A stretch of 64,000 bases of DNA from assembly GCA_951406725.2 (NCBI GenBank), contig OX597820.1:67518001-67582000 (forward strand). The letters run 5' to 3'. Of the stretch, positions 14,281 to 26,956 are shown in pieces. The notes beneath the pieces were generated by a model. It ran no database searches and was not told the origin of the DNA. It worked only from the letters and a program-made list of their open reading frames with translations. A program made the position numbers and the translations under genes. The stretch is from Octopus vulgaris (lineage: Eukaryota). How positions within the stretch are numbered: the stretch's first letter is position 1; every line of letters begins with the position of its first letter.

Positions 14281-14867
14281 GAGATTTGTGTCCTTATTCG
14301 AAGGACATGAAGAAAAATAATAAATTATGCTAAATTATGTTTATGTATGTTTATGACTATTTTTCATCTTCATGGACTGCATAATGATAACGTTAATTAC
14401 AAGCAGAACATTATGATGAAAATTCTAATTATGCTTAGTAAGTGAAGTTATTGAAATATACAGCATCATATATGTGGCAGCACATTGTATTTAATCACGA
14501 AACGACTGTCATTGAGTAATTAGGATGTCATATGTAAGATATATAATTACGCCATTGATATAATTATGCCATTGATGAGGTTGTGAATAGCGACGAAGAG
14601 ACTCCGACAGGGAAAATTAATGACCCAGTGATCGTTCAGTTAACACATTAACCAAACAATTGGATAGTTATTTGCTAAAATAAAAATGTGGCATCGATTC
14701 AGTGCGTGTGTTTATTTTAATTTTTACCGGCATAATGACCTTCCTTAGACATCACAGAATTTATTCTGTAATTATGAAGTCATATGGAAAGATTTTAAAA
14801 AATTTTCATCGTATTTTATGATATTCACCGGTAAAATATGTTGGTAATATAAAGCCAGCATAGGGGT

Positions 14868-15057
14868 GCGGTGTACTGGCAAAATCGTTACCGCGTCGGC
14901 TAAAATTTCGTCCGTCTACTTTCTGAGTTCAAATTCCACCGACGTCGACTGTGCTCTGCATCCATTCGGGGGCGATAAAATAAGGACCTCGAGGTCAACG
15001 TCATCGAATTACATCCTCACCTGAACCTGCTGACCTTGTGACAAAGTTTTTAAACCG
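14868..15057 (+). mobile_element. SINE family B (old)
   Basis: Family homology; TSD ATATAAAGCCAG. Confidence 0.8.
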
Positions 15058-15181
15058 ATATAAAGCCAGTATATAATTATGACTTTTTTTACTCAGAATA
15101 AGTCAATATGTTCTTTTGCCGTAAATATTTTTGTCATTATAGTGTAAACCGCTACAAATATTTATAAAAAAATTAAATAAA

Positions 15182-15430
15182 TGCGCCCTTTTAAAACCTA
15201 GCCAGTCTCATGGGTCCAGTTTCCCGGTTTTCATGGCGTACGTGTTCCCACGCTCGATGGGACGCCAGTTCATCGCTGGATTACTCATTTTTGCCAGCTG
15301 AGTGGACTGGAGCAACATGAAATGAAGTGTTTTGCTCAAGAACACAACGCGTCGACCGGTCCAGGAATCGAAACCACAATTTTACGATCATGATGCTGAC
15401 GCCCTAACCATTAAGCCACGCGCCTCTACA
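15182..15430 (-). mobile_element. tRNA-derived SINE family E
   Basis: Minus strand GGCGCGTGGCTTAATGGTTAGGG...GGTTTCGATTCC. Copies at 22832 and 37112. TSD TACAAATATTT. Confidence 0.85.
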
Positions 15431-16730
15431 TACAAATATTTATACCTTTAACTTAATCCTCAGAAAGGATTAATTGTCTCTTTGATTCCAGATACAAACC
15501 GTCCGACGAAAGTTTTTTTAGTCTCCGTCAACCAATAATTTTTCGATCAGTTTGAAGCTGTCAAAACACACTTGACGAAGATGCAACACAGTAGAATCGA
15601 ACTCAGAACTGTTATAGTCGCAAAACAAAGCATCTTACCCCCTCGTCCATGCATACATATTTTTATACATTCGCATGGATGTAAACTCACCGATGAACTT
15701 TAATTATGGTCTCAGCCACATAACACACTCACTCATATAAACACATTCATGAACACAAATTGATATATTTCTCTGTCTTTTTCTCTTCTCTATTCTTTCG
15801 TCTTCGTTGTCGCTCTCACTTTCAAATCAAACATGCACATCTTCATACGTACAAATATGCAAAACCCATGTATTGTAACACATTCTGATGCATATATATA
15901 TATATATATATCCATAGTTATACTGCATACATTCACGAATAACAATACATAAATATTCAAAGACACTATTTCCCCCCATTTCATGTAACTCTTCTTTGTT
16001 TCTTTCTTTAATTCACACGGAAACATACAACCAATAAAACGCCGAAGCACAGACATAGACACATATACATCTTCAAACACAGATATTTTCTCAATTATAA
16101 AATAATAATTTATTTGTTTGTCGAGAGGAAACTGCACATTCGTTACTTTAGTTCTTGAACGTCGCTTCCTGTTGCATTTAGATTTTTATGATCGTTGTTA
16201 CAATTCTGTTTTACATGAGACTGTAAGCAGCATTTGAGACAGTTGCATACATGATGTTAGCAGTAAAACTCAGTCAGTTTGGCGCACGTTCTCATGTAAT
16301 ATGGCTCCCTGATACTTTAATAGACAAACAGTGAAAGCAGTGGGTGGTGTATGCTGAACATAACAAATATGATGGACTTTATACATAAATACATGCATAT
16401 ATGCACACACACAAATACACACACACATACACAGACGTAATTTGTGTAGGTGACGGCGCATATTCTAGAGGTTTGGATGCTGTTGTTGCTGTTGTTGTTG
16501 CTTTTGGTACATTTCATGTGTTACAATAGTGTAGGATTATCATTTCAAGAAAACAACTGGCTAAAAATAGCAACCAAATCTCCCTCAAATCGCAACCATA
16601 ACGTCTTAAATAAAAATTGATACATTGTATAACGTAGTCCCTAATACACAATATGGCGAGTTGCTCAGGTCTTGAAAGTCTTTGATGATAGGTATGCTCA
16701 ATCAAGATTGAATTAAGGAATGTGGACTGG

Positions 16731-17143
16731 TAGGAGTGGCTGTGTGGTAAGTAGCTTGCTTACCAGCCACATGGTTCCGGGTTCAGTCCCACTGTGTGGC
16801 ACCTTGGGCAAGTGTCTTCTACTATAGCCTCGGGTCGACCAAAGCCTTGTGAGTGGATTTGGTAGACGGAAACTGAAAGAAGACCGTCGAATATATGTAT
16901 ACATATGTATGTGTGTGTGTGTGCGTGTATACGTTTGTGTGTCTGTGTTTGTTCTCCCAACATCGCTTGACAACCGATGCTGGTGTGTTACGTCCCCGTA
17001 ACTTAGCGGTTCGGCATAATAGACCGATAGAATTAGTACTAGACTTACAAAGAATAAGTCCTGGGGTCGGTTTACTCGACTAAAGGCGATGCTCCATCAT
17101 GGCCACAGTCAAATGACTGAAACAAGTAAAAGAGTAAAGAGTA
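16731..17143 (+). mobile_element. SINE family A, full length
   Basis: Head, body and tail present. Confidence 0.92.
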
Positions 17144-17194
17144 GTAGATACTGGGTTGCACTCAGGATCGGAAGATCGTAGTTTCCATTCCTGG

Positions 17195-17397
17195 AGAGCT
17201 GCAAGATGCAGGGGGAAAGAGTGAGAGAAAGTTGTGGCGAAAGAGTCAGCAGAAGTTCGCCATTACCTTCTGCCGGAACCGTGTGGAGCTTAAGTGTTTT
17301 TGTTCATAAACACACACATCACCCGATCTGAGATTCGAACCCGTGATCCTTCGACCGCGAGTCCGCTGCTCTAACCACTAGGCCATGTGCCTCCACA
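17195..17397 (-). mobile_element. tRNA-derived SINE family D, partial
   Basis: Homologous to 43393-43704 and 45327-45628. Confidence 0.88.
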
Positions 17398-17399
17398 TT

Positions 17400-17580
17400 G
17401 GCCTAAGCACATACCAGTGCTTAGCGTCTTTACGTTCTGAATTCAAATTCTGCCGAGGTCGACTTTACCTTCCATCCTTTCAGGGTCGATAGATTAAGTA
17501 CCAGTTGCGTACTGAGATTGATGTAATCGACTGGCCCTCTCCCCCAAAATTTCGGGCCTTGTGCCTATAGTAGAAAAGAA
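17400..17580 (+). mobile_element. SINE family B
   Basis: Family homology, tail type 2 (CCCCAAAATTTCGGGCCTTGTGCC). Confidence 0.85.
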
Positions 17581-17829
17581 TGTGTATAACCAGTGAACAA
17601 AAATGAGAAATAGGATCAGTATAGAATATTTATCCACATACACACACACACACACACAAACATATATATATATATATATATACACATGTACACGCATACA
17701 TACACATAGAGACACATATACACACACATACATATATGCTTATATATGCATTATCAAACAATTAAAAAATTAAAATTAAAAATTGAAAAATTAAAAAGGG
17801 AGACAATAGAAAGTCAAATAAAGGTTGTT

Positions 17830-19215
17830 GGAGATTACTTAAAGGGTGTTTAGTATATGTACTAGATGGTGACTTGGGTTGCATCTAGATTTGTAGTAAA
17901 ATTTGAAGGTATGAAAAAAGCGGTGGCTGCATGTACCTAGGGCCTCATTATACGTATTTAGTAGTATTGAAGAGTTGTGCTTTAATATGTAGAATGCCTA
18001 TTTTAGGCATAGCTTACAGGATAAGCGTTGACCTTGGTATGGAAGCCCTGAATCTATTATGGACCATGACAAGATGTATGGAATATTTCTATTTATGAAA
18101 TGATGTATGTAACTGGCAAGGGTTGTGGATTTACTGTGTTCCCCATATTTAAAAGAATTGAGATGCTCAGCGTAATCGCTGTTTAAAATTTATAGTTGAC
18201 CATATATTCATGGTTGTAGAATAGTGTAACGTAGTGAGAAGGGAGGTGTATAACATAGAACAGAGCGTCCACCGCTTTTTTGGTTGCTTAGGGGCTGTAT
18301 AATCTATATTTTTAGAAATTAGAGTGGGGTTATATGACCCGTTATTGTTAGCTGTTTTAGCTTTTGAACTAGTGCTATATGTGTGGGTTCTCCTAAGGTT
18401 CTAGTGTAGTATATGTATGGTCTGTTGTGATGATGATAGTTAGCATGTTGTGATATGACTTGAGATATATGTTGCTTGAACTTAGTATTAGAGATGTATT
18501 TTATTTGTTGGGAGAAGCTGCTGGCAGCGAGCGCTTAGTTGTATTATGGGGCGTGGTTATTGAATATTTCTTCAGTGGACGAAAGGTCAGATATACGAAT
18601 CGAGATACTCTTAACTATATTATCAAAGGTGGATTTGCAGTGATTGTAATTAATGTTTAAGTACTGGTTGTGTTTGTGATATGTGAAGTATTGGGAGGTT
18701 TCTAAGTTTAAAGTGACGTCTAAAAAATTAGTGGTTTTGTGGGAATTATTAAAAGTAATAGATAAGTTGAGGTTAGAAAAAAATTTGTGTAGATCTTTCT
18801 TAATTCGTTCTAAAGAGGATTTACTAACGCCTTTGGCGACTAGCAAAGCGCCATCTCTGTTGGTGTTAGGGAAGTGTATTCGGAGCTGATGGAGTAGACA
18901 GTCACGGATGGGATGTCTGTAATTACAGGTCTGCTTACTCGTGTCTGAACTGAGGCTAGTAACAAAAACAGTAACAAAACGAGGTCGGTGACCTGGGCAG
19001 AATCGGATGATCCCATAGTAATGTAAAAAAATTTGCTATTGTTATTGTTATAGTGGTTGGTCCGGCACCAAAGTTTGTCCTCGAAAGAAATGAGAGCTCT
19101 ATGGGCACTAAAGAATTATGTTAATTTCTCGTGGGATTAGGTTAGTTAGATTCCTAGCAAGAAGGAGGGCTTGATTTAGAAGTTTGAGAGAAATAGATGA
19201 ATAGTAATTATTTGT
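17830..19215 (-). mobile_element. Penelope-like element remnant (RT plus GIY-YIG endonuclease)
   Basis: Minus-strand ITMGSSDSAQVTDL, RDGALLV, TNFLDVTLNL, SISIRISDLSS.EEIFN, then LSWSIID...CKLCLK...LLN. These are typical PLE motifs; stops and frameshifts present. Confidence 0.85.
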
Positions 19216-19239
19216 ATCAAATTGTAGGAATGAAGAAGA

Positions 19240-19285
<46 letters not shown>

Positions 19286-19372
19286 CATTTGTTCGGCTAA
19301 ATACATATACATATACATGCGGTGATCCACCATGGCCGCATTCAAATGACTGAAACAAATAAAAGAATAAAA

Positions 19373-19411
<39 letters not shown>

Positions 19412-19415
<4 letters not shown>

Positions 19416-19592
19416 CGCAAGAGTGGCTGTGTGGTAAGTAGCTTGCTTACCAGCCACATGGTTCCGGGTTCAGTCCCACTGCGTGGCATCTTGGGCAAGT
19501 GTCTTCTGCTATAGCCCTGGGCCGACCAATGCCTTGTGAGTGGATTTGGTAGATGGAAACTGAAAGAAGCCTGTCGTATATATGTATGTATG

Positions 19593-19629
<37 letters not shown>

Positions 19630-19846
19630 TTGTGTGTCTGTGTTTGTCCCCCTAGCATTGCTTGACAACCGATGCTGGTGTGTTTACGTCCCCGTCACTT
19701 AGCGGTTCGGCAAAAGAGACCGATAGAATAAGTACTGGGCTTACAAAGAATAAGTCCCGGGGTCGATTTGCTCGACTAAAGGCGGTGCTCCAGCATGGCC
19801 GCAGTCAAATGACTGAAACAAGTAAAAGAGTAAAAGAGTAAAGAGT
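19412..19846 (+). mobile_element. SINE family A, full length, young
   Basis: Complete head to (GAGTAAAA) tail; flanked by (TA)n. Confidence 0.93.
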
Positions 19847-19855
19847 ATATATATA

Positions 19856-20557
19856 TAGTAATATTTTTGGTAGAAATGACTAATTGTCCCTCTTAGCGTT
19901 TGGCATGTATATATAATACCTTCTGGCATGTATGTATAATGCCCTCTATATATAAATTAATATGTTCAATAAGAAATAATTATTTTCGAAATTTTTTCTC
20001 TTATGAGGTTTTTACGCTATCTACCTGACAATTTCTTGTTAAGTTTTCCTTATTAAGTAGTTGTCCTTAATTGCTAAATTTTTATTCCGAAAAAACTTTT
20101 CCTCTCCCGAAATGCAATTCGTAAAAGTTTGCCATTTGACCGGATGTAATATATGTAAACTCACCCATGTGCTTCGTTGATGTTGAACAGTTAGCTGATC
20201 GACTTAAGCGGGGCAGGGTCGTTGTTTATTTATAATGCATTCAGGCCTGCTGATGAGTACGTAAGTATGAAATCACTGTGATACAGGTCTATATTTTTTT
20301 AAATGTCTTACTTTGAAAAATTGCATTCGGTGGGATTAGTAATATTTTTGGTAGAAATGACTAATTGTCCCTCTTAGCGTTTGGCATGTATATATAATAC
20401 CTTCTGGCATGTATGTATAATGCCCTCTATATATAAATTAATATGTTCAATAAGAAATAATTATTTTCGAAATTTTTTCTCTTATGAGGTTTTTACGCTA
20501 TCTACCTGACAATTTCTTGTTAAGTTTTCCTTATTAAGTAGTTGTCCTTAATTGCTA
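19856..20557 (+). mobile_element. Retrozyme/pLTR-like element: 481-bp unit plus 221-bp identical direct repeat
   Basis: 19856-20076 equals 20337-20557. (TA)n on both sides. Contains a hammerhead; no meaningful ORF. Confidence 0.8.
20243..20290 (+). ncRNA. Type I hammerhead ribozyme
   Basis: Stem I AGGCCTG/CAGGTCT, core CTGATGA, stem II GTAC[GTAA]GTAT, GAAA, stem III ATCA[CTG]TGAT. Cleavage triplet AUA, cutting after 20283. Confidence 0.85.
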
Positions 20558-20889
20558 TATATATATATATATAAGGTGAGAGAGAGAAAGAAAGAGAGAG
20601 ATGTACATACACACATGTACACATATATTCTCCGTCCACCAACTGAATTCTTATTTGTGAAATTAACGTGTAAGTGACTGCGTATTTTATAGACAGGTGT
20701 ATCCATCAGTAAATTAAGTAGCTGCCGATGCATTGATTGACTTATGCAAAAACCGCCGACAAAAACAAAAAGTCTTAATGCTTTGAAAATTATCTCTTAC
20801 ATGGAGAAAAAAAACAACAGCGTTTATCAGTTTATTGTCATGCTTTTTTATCCTTACACATCTCTTAATGGTTTTAAATTTTAACTCAA

Positions 20890-21080
20890 GGCCAACAATT
20901 TTCAAGATGGGATTTTTGTTGATTATATCGGGCCCCTGTGTGCAGCTGGTATTTATTTTATCGACCTCGTAAGAATGAAAGGCAAAATCGACCTCGGCGG
21001 AATTTGAAGTCAGAACGTAATGATGGACGAAATGCCACTAAGCATTTTGTCCGGCGTGCTAACGTTTCTGTCAGCTCGCC
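20890..21080 (-). mobile_element. SINE family B
   Basis: Family homology. Confidence 0.85.
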
Positions 21081-21134
21081 TCATGCTTTTACATCTCTAG
21101 ACATCATTCGCTTGTTCCTTATATGAGACAATAC

Positions 21135-21368
21135 CTATTTCTTTATTACCCACAAGGGGCTAAACACAGAGGGGACAAACAAGGGCAGACATAGGTATTA
21201 AGTCGATTACATCGACCCCAGTGCGTAACTGGTACTTAATTTATCGACCCCGAAAGGATGAAAGGCAAAGTTAGCCTTTGCGGAATTTGAACTCACAACG
21301 TAACGACAGACGAAATACCGTTAAGCATTACGCCCAGCGTGCTAACGACTCTGCCAGCTCGCCGCCTT
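21135..21368 (-). mobile_element. SINE family B, tail type 1
   Basis: TSD TTATATGA(G/A)ACAATACC. Confidence 0.9.
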
Positions 21369-21545
21369 TATATGAAACAATACCGTTTTGAACAAGGATA
21401 GACAGGTTGGATAGTGTAGTAACAGAAACAATGACTACAAAAAAAAAATGGTGGACAGTCACGGATGGGATGTCTGTAATTACAGGTCTGCTTACTCGTG
21501 TCTGAACTGAGGCTAGTAACAAAAACAATATCTACAACAACCTAA

Positions 21546-21780
21546 GACAGCGAGCTGGCAGAAACGTTAGCACGTCGGGCGAAATGCTCAGCAGTATTTC
21601 GCACGTCGCTACGTTCTGAGTTCCAATTCCGCCGAGGTCGACTTTGCCTTTCATTCTTTCAAGGTCGATGAAATAAATACCAGCTGCACACTGGGGCCGA
21701 TGTAATCGACAAACGACCCTACTTGAAAAATTGCCTTGAGTTATAATTTCGGGCCTTGTGCCTAGAGGAGAAAAGAATAC
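21546..21780 (+). mobile_element. SINE family B, tail type 2
   Basis: 14-bp TSD CTACAACAACCTAA (21532-21545 / 21781-21794). Confidence 0.9.
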
Positions 21781-21888
21781 CTACAACAACCTAAATAGTT
21801 AGGAGTCAATGTAAGGTCCTATACATAGTCGCTCGAAAATCTCCCGCAGAAAAGGATGCGTTGGATAATACAAGTATAATCGAAAGTA

Positions 21889-22091
21889 CTGTAATCCGTC
21901 GCCATTTTGCGGTTCACCTATCGCACACTCAGTACACCGCGGATTTTTCTGGCTAATATATGTAAATTTATATCACGTACTTCTCAGTATATCTCGGGTT
22001 TCTGCGGCCGATAAGCATTTATACTTTTTTAGATCTTTATTTGTGTGGGAGGTTTTGGAACGTAACACCCGCCATAGTCGAGGGATTACAG
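21889..22091. mobile_element. pogo/Tigger-type MITE
   Basis: TIR CTGTAATCCGTCG / CGAGGGATTACAG. Same family as 52278-52577, opposite orientation. Confidence 0.75.
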
Positions 22092-22295
22092 TTCACTGTG
22101 CTTGAAAAAAGAAAAGCTAGATGGTCATGGCTAGAATAACTCTGATGATTAGTCGTTTCGATGATCAGAATTAAACAACAACAATAACAGCAACAATAAT
22201 CTTGGAAGCCATAGGGAGGGAGAGACATTACAATTTATTAATTGAACACAATTGACATAAACACTTCCCTCTCTCCTCATATTTGTAAAGAGAAA

Positions 22296-22353
<58 letters not shown>

Positions 22354-22444
22354 GGGAGAGAAGGAGGGAGAGAGAGAGAAAGAGAAGGAGGGAGTGAGGG
22401 AGAGAAACACTGAAACGTCTGATGCCATATACATCAGCACCGAA

Positions 22445-22528
22445 TCAGCAACGCCAAATAAGCGACGCCAAATAGGCGACGCCAAACAAGCGATGCCAAG
22501 ACGGCTGTGTGAAATTGTCTCATACCCC
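22445..22528. repeat. 13-bp tandem GCGACGCCAAAYR x~4, probable DNA-transposon subterminal repeat
   Basis: Visible repeat ending in GTCTCATACCCC. Confidence 0.5.
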
Positions 22529-22831
22529 TTTAGAACGGTATGTGGAACCTAACAGTGGCGGTGGGGAATTGTCATTTAATGCATTTTGTTCATTTAAAAT
22601 AAACTGAGTAAAAGATATTACCTACAAAACTCAAATCAATTTCTACCAGTTAAAAAATCTTTGGAATATTAACCCTTCGTGTTGTTATTTAGCGTCGGAT
22701 CAGCCCTGATTGAGTGATTGAGCAGATCTTATGATCAAGGTATTCCAACCGTGGCCATTCAGCCTATTTGTAAACTTAGAACTTCGTTATCCAATGTGTT
22801 TCTATGTAACACGATAATATATGATTTGGTG

Positions 22832-23065
22832 TAAAAGTGCATGACCTAGTGGTTAGGGTGTTGAACTCACAATCGCAAGATCCTGGTTTCGATTCCCGGA
22901 CCAAGCAATACATGGTGTTCTGGAGAAAAATACTTCATTTCACGTTGGTCCAGTCCACTCAATGGCTAATAAGTGATCCTGCGAAGGACTGGCATCCCGT
23001 TCATGAGGAATGTTGTGGGATCTCCGTCACTTATTCACCATAAAAAAAAACGAGGAACCGGGCCG
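22832..23065 (+). mobile_element. SINE family E
   Basis: TGACCTAGTGGTTAGGG...GGTTTCGATTCC head; homologous to 15182-15430. Confidence 0.8.
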
Positions 23066-23462
23066 AACAGTTCAAGGATTCGAAACAACAATATCCAGGG
23101 GGAATTAATTTTAATAGGATATGATCTGAAGGAATTTTGTTGCTATTTCTAGTAGGACACACGATAGGCTTGCAGGCTCTCTCACTCGCTTGATTATCTG
23201 ATTTGCAATGGTGTATATATATTTTTGTGCGTTGGTGAAAACAGGAAGCCATCTTTCCAGTAATCTTAATGAGATATGAGTTGCCTATTTCTAAATATTG
23301 CCCATCTGTCAAGTTGTTTTTAATGTTGTTGTTGCAAAATTCAAAATTAATTCGCTGAATTAATTCCGAAGCTTTTATTAGAAGCCTTTAAGGATAAAAA
23401 ATTAATATAAAAATATATTTCCATATTTTGTATTTTTGCTAAATAGGAAACAGCAAACGTAG

Positions 23463-24225
<763 letters not shown>

Positions 24226-24227
24226 TC

Positions 24228-24268
<41 letters not shown>

Positions 24269-24566
24269 TGTATAGAAACTCATATCGTCACTATATATGT
24301 GAATGCAATTTCATGCATATATATTTCTAAGCAACTTTAAAAAAATGCAATTCGTTGTCTTAGTGGATATTAGATAAGCATATTTTTAGATATTAATTAA
24401 ACAAGACACAATCCCGTTGAGGTGACTGAATGAGCTTATTTGAATTCCTAATCGGGGGCACTTAACTAATGGTTCGAACGATAAATGATTACAAATACGT
24501 CCTCAATGGATTTTTAATCTTAGGATGACGCTAGAAAAAGTTTAAAAAATTTATTAAAAGGAATAA

Positions 24567-24643
<77 letters not shown>

Positions 24644-24647
24644 CACA

Positions 24648-24707
<60 letters not shown>

Positions 24708-25329
24708 CATATATCAACTTTGGTTGACTTTGCCAGTTGAGCATTGGGGTCGATATAATCGGCAAAAACCTCATCTGGGATCAACGTAATCAACTTAATT
24801 ACTCCTGAGTAAGAGTATGGAAAAAACCTGCCATATCGAGTCAGTGTGGTAGAGCAGGGTCCTCAAACCAGTAAGATCTGAAGCTCAAATTCACGGCCTC
24901 CACATCAGACCATGGTTGGTGAAGAGAACATGCTGAGGCCGTCATCCTGCAATGGACTGGACATAGGCAAAACAATTCAATCCAACTCATATATACATAT
25001 ATAGATACACACACGCGCGCGCGCACACACACACTCACACACACACACACACACACGCGCACACACACACACACACACCAGGTATGGGTTCCTCATCCAC
25101 ATGGTTTTGCGTATCTTCTACAATAGCTCCAGCCGATCAAAGACATGTGAGTGGATTTGGTAGACGGAAACACATGTACATATGTAGATGTGTATGTGTG
25201 TATGTGTGCGTGTGAGAGCGCGTGTGTGTGCACGTCTTTGTGCTTATCCACCACCACTGCCACCACCATCTCACAGCCGGGTTTAGTTTGCTAACATCCC
25301 CGTACTGCAGCCCTTAGGAAAAATACCCT

Positions 25330-25664
25330 TTTCTGCTGTAGGCACAAGGCCCGAAATTTTTGAGGAGAGGGGCCAGTCGATTAGATCGATCATAGTAGGC
25401 AGCTGGTAGCGTAAAAACAGACGAAGTACCTATTTCTTTACTACCCACAAGAGGCTAAACACAGGGAGGACAAACAAGGACAGACAAATGGATTAAGTCG
25501 ATTATATCGACCCCAGTGCGTAATAGGTACTTATTTAATCGACCCCGAAAGGAGGAAAGGCAAAGTCGACCATGGCGGAATTTGAACTCAGAGCGTAACA
25601 GCAGACGAAATACCGCTAAGCATCTCGCCCGACGTGCTAACGTTTCTGCCAGCTCAACGCCTTT
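25330..25664 (-). mobile_element. Composite SINE B inserted in an old SINE A
   Basis: Two tail types in series; TSD CTTAGGAAAAA(A)TACC. Confidence 0.85.
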
Positions 25665-26139
25665 CTTAGGAAAAAATACCGACATAAAATAAATATGTAC
25701 TTATAAAATAAAATATGTACTGGAGGCCGATCCATTCGACAAAAACCCTTCAAGGCGGTGTCCCGGCATGGCCGAAGCCTAATGATTGAAACAAGTAATA
25801 GATAATATATAGAGACTACGTTTCAAATTATTAACGACGTAATATCTTTTGGAATTCAACGAAGATGTCACAGAATTATGGCATCAGTTATATGCGGATG
25901 GTGTATAAAAAACACGGTCCCGTAAAACAGTGCAGAAACTACGACCATTTGCCAAATTTACGTAAACTTTCACTGTTTCAAATTATTAGTGAGGTGTTAA
26001 TTAAAACTCATTCATGTAAACAAAAAAAATACCAATTTGATTGTTTGATGCACAAGCTGAAATAACAGATTCAATCATAAACATGGAAGAATTAGAAATA
26101 AACAAATAATCAGCTTCCACGTTAATAAGGGATATATGA

Positions 26140-26900
26140 ACCTTTGTTTTAAATAAGTTGGAAGAGGCTCTAGTCCAGGGACCGTGCTAATTTCTAGATC
26201 TCCTCTGACGTTATACAACGAGATACATCCATTATTGCCCACCACAATTCATCCTTGCTCCTAAATTGGCGTCCATTCTCGTAAACTCGTCGCGTTAGAA
26301 TACTCCACAAGTTTTCCATTGGGTTTAAGCGGGGGAACAGGCAAGCCACTTCGTTTTCCGAGGTTCACAGAACCCTAATTGTTGCAGATACTTTGTAGTT
26401 TTTTCGCTGAGTGCGAGGGCGCATTATCTTGCATGAATATCATGGTTGTCTTGAAGGTGATCATTTGCTTTTTTAACCAAGGTTCAAGGTGCTCCCCCAG
26501 AGAAACTAAGTGTCCGCAGTCATTTTAACACCGTCCGGCACTTTTCAAAGACCAACCATAAATACGCCCGATAATACCTGCCCAAATCATGATGCCTCCT
26601 CCTCCTTGTTACCGTCCATTTACCACCCATTTCTTGCTCCAGCCATCAGGTCCATCAAGGGTAGCACGAGTTTCGCCCCTAAACAAAACTTTTGAAAAGT
26701 CGACCTTCATGTTATTTTCGACCCATTTCAGACAATTTTGTGTGTATTTTGTATAAAGAAAGCCTTTTAACTAATGTCACTGGTTTACCGACCTTTTTCA
26801 GAAGATGACATCGGGTACAGTTGTTTCGCCAATGCGCTTGAAAAGTTCTCTACTTGTAAGACCTGGCTTCCTTACAACTTCATGCTTAATTCGTGTTAGA
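26140..26900 (-). mobile_element. Tc1-family transposase remnant
   Basis: Minus-strand KVLF..ETRATLDGPDGW, IFMQDNAPSHSAK and LNPMENLWSIL. Confidence 0.88.
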
Positions 26901-26956
26901 GAACGTTAAGAATCAGCCCTCGAAGAGAACCGACAAAAGTCAGTCGAGGGCTGTCG

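Larger units (their letters stand above)
14749..16400 (+). pseudogene. Candidate decayed family member
   Basis: AG|...MKSYGKILKNF..FMIFT|GT exon. Later GNCTF...SCIH...GWCML at about 16125-16360. Confidence 0.3.
20650..23360 (-). pseudogene. Candidate two-PAN-exon pseudogene
   Basis: 23200-23350 gives GKMASCFHQRTKIYIHHCKS. About 22620-22690 gives NNNTKG*YSK with donor AG|GTAATA. 20680-20870 gives SIKTFCFCRRFLHKS..QCIG..GYTCL. Confidence 0.45.

Noticed and set aside
19856-20557. Being the pLTR of the neighbouring Penelope remnant
   Set aside because: It is on the opposite strand, separated by a SINE, and shows no visible similarity to that element's 3' end; the link is unproven.
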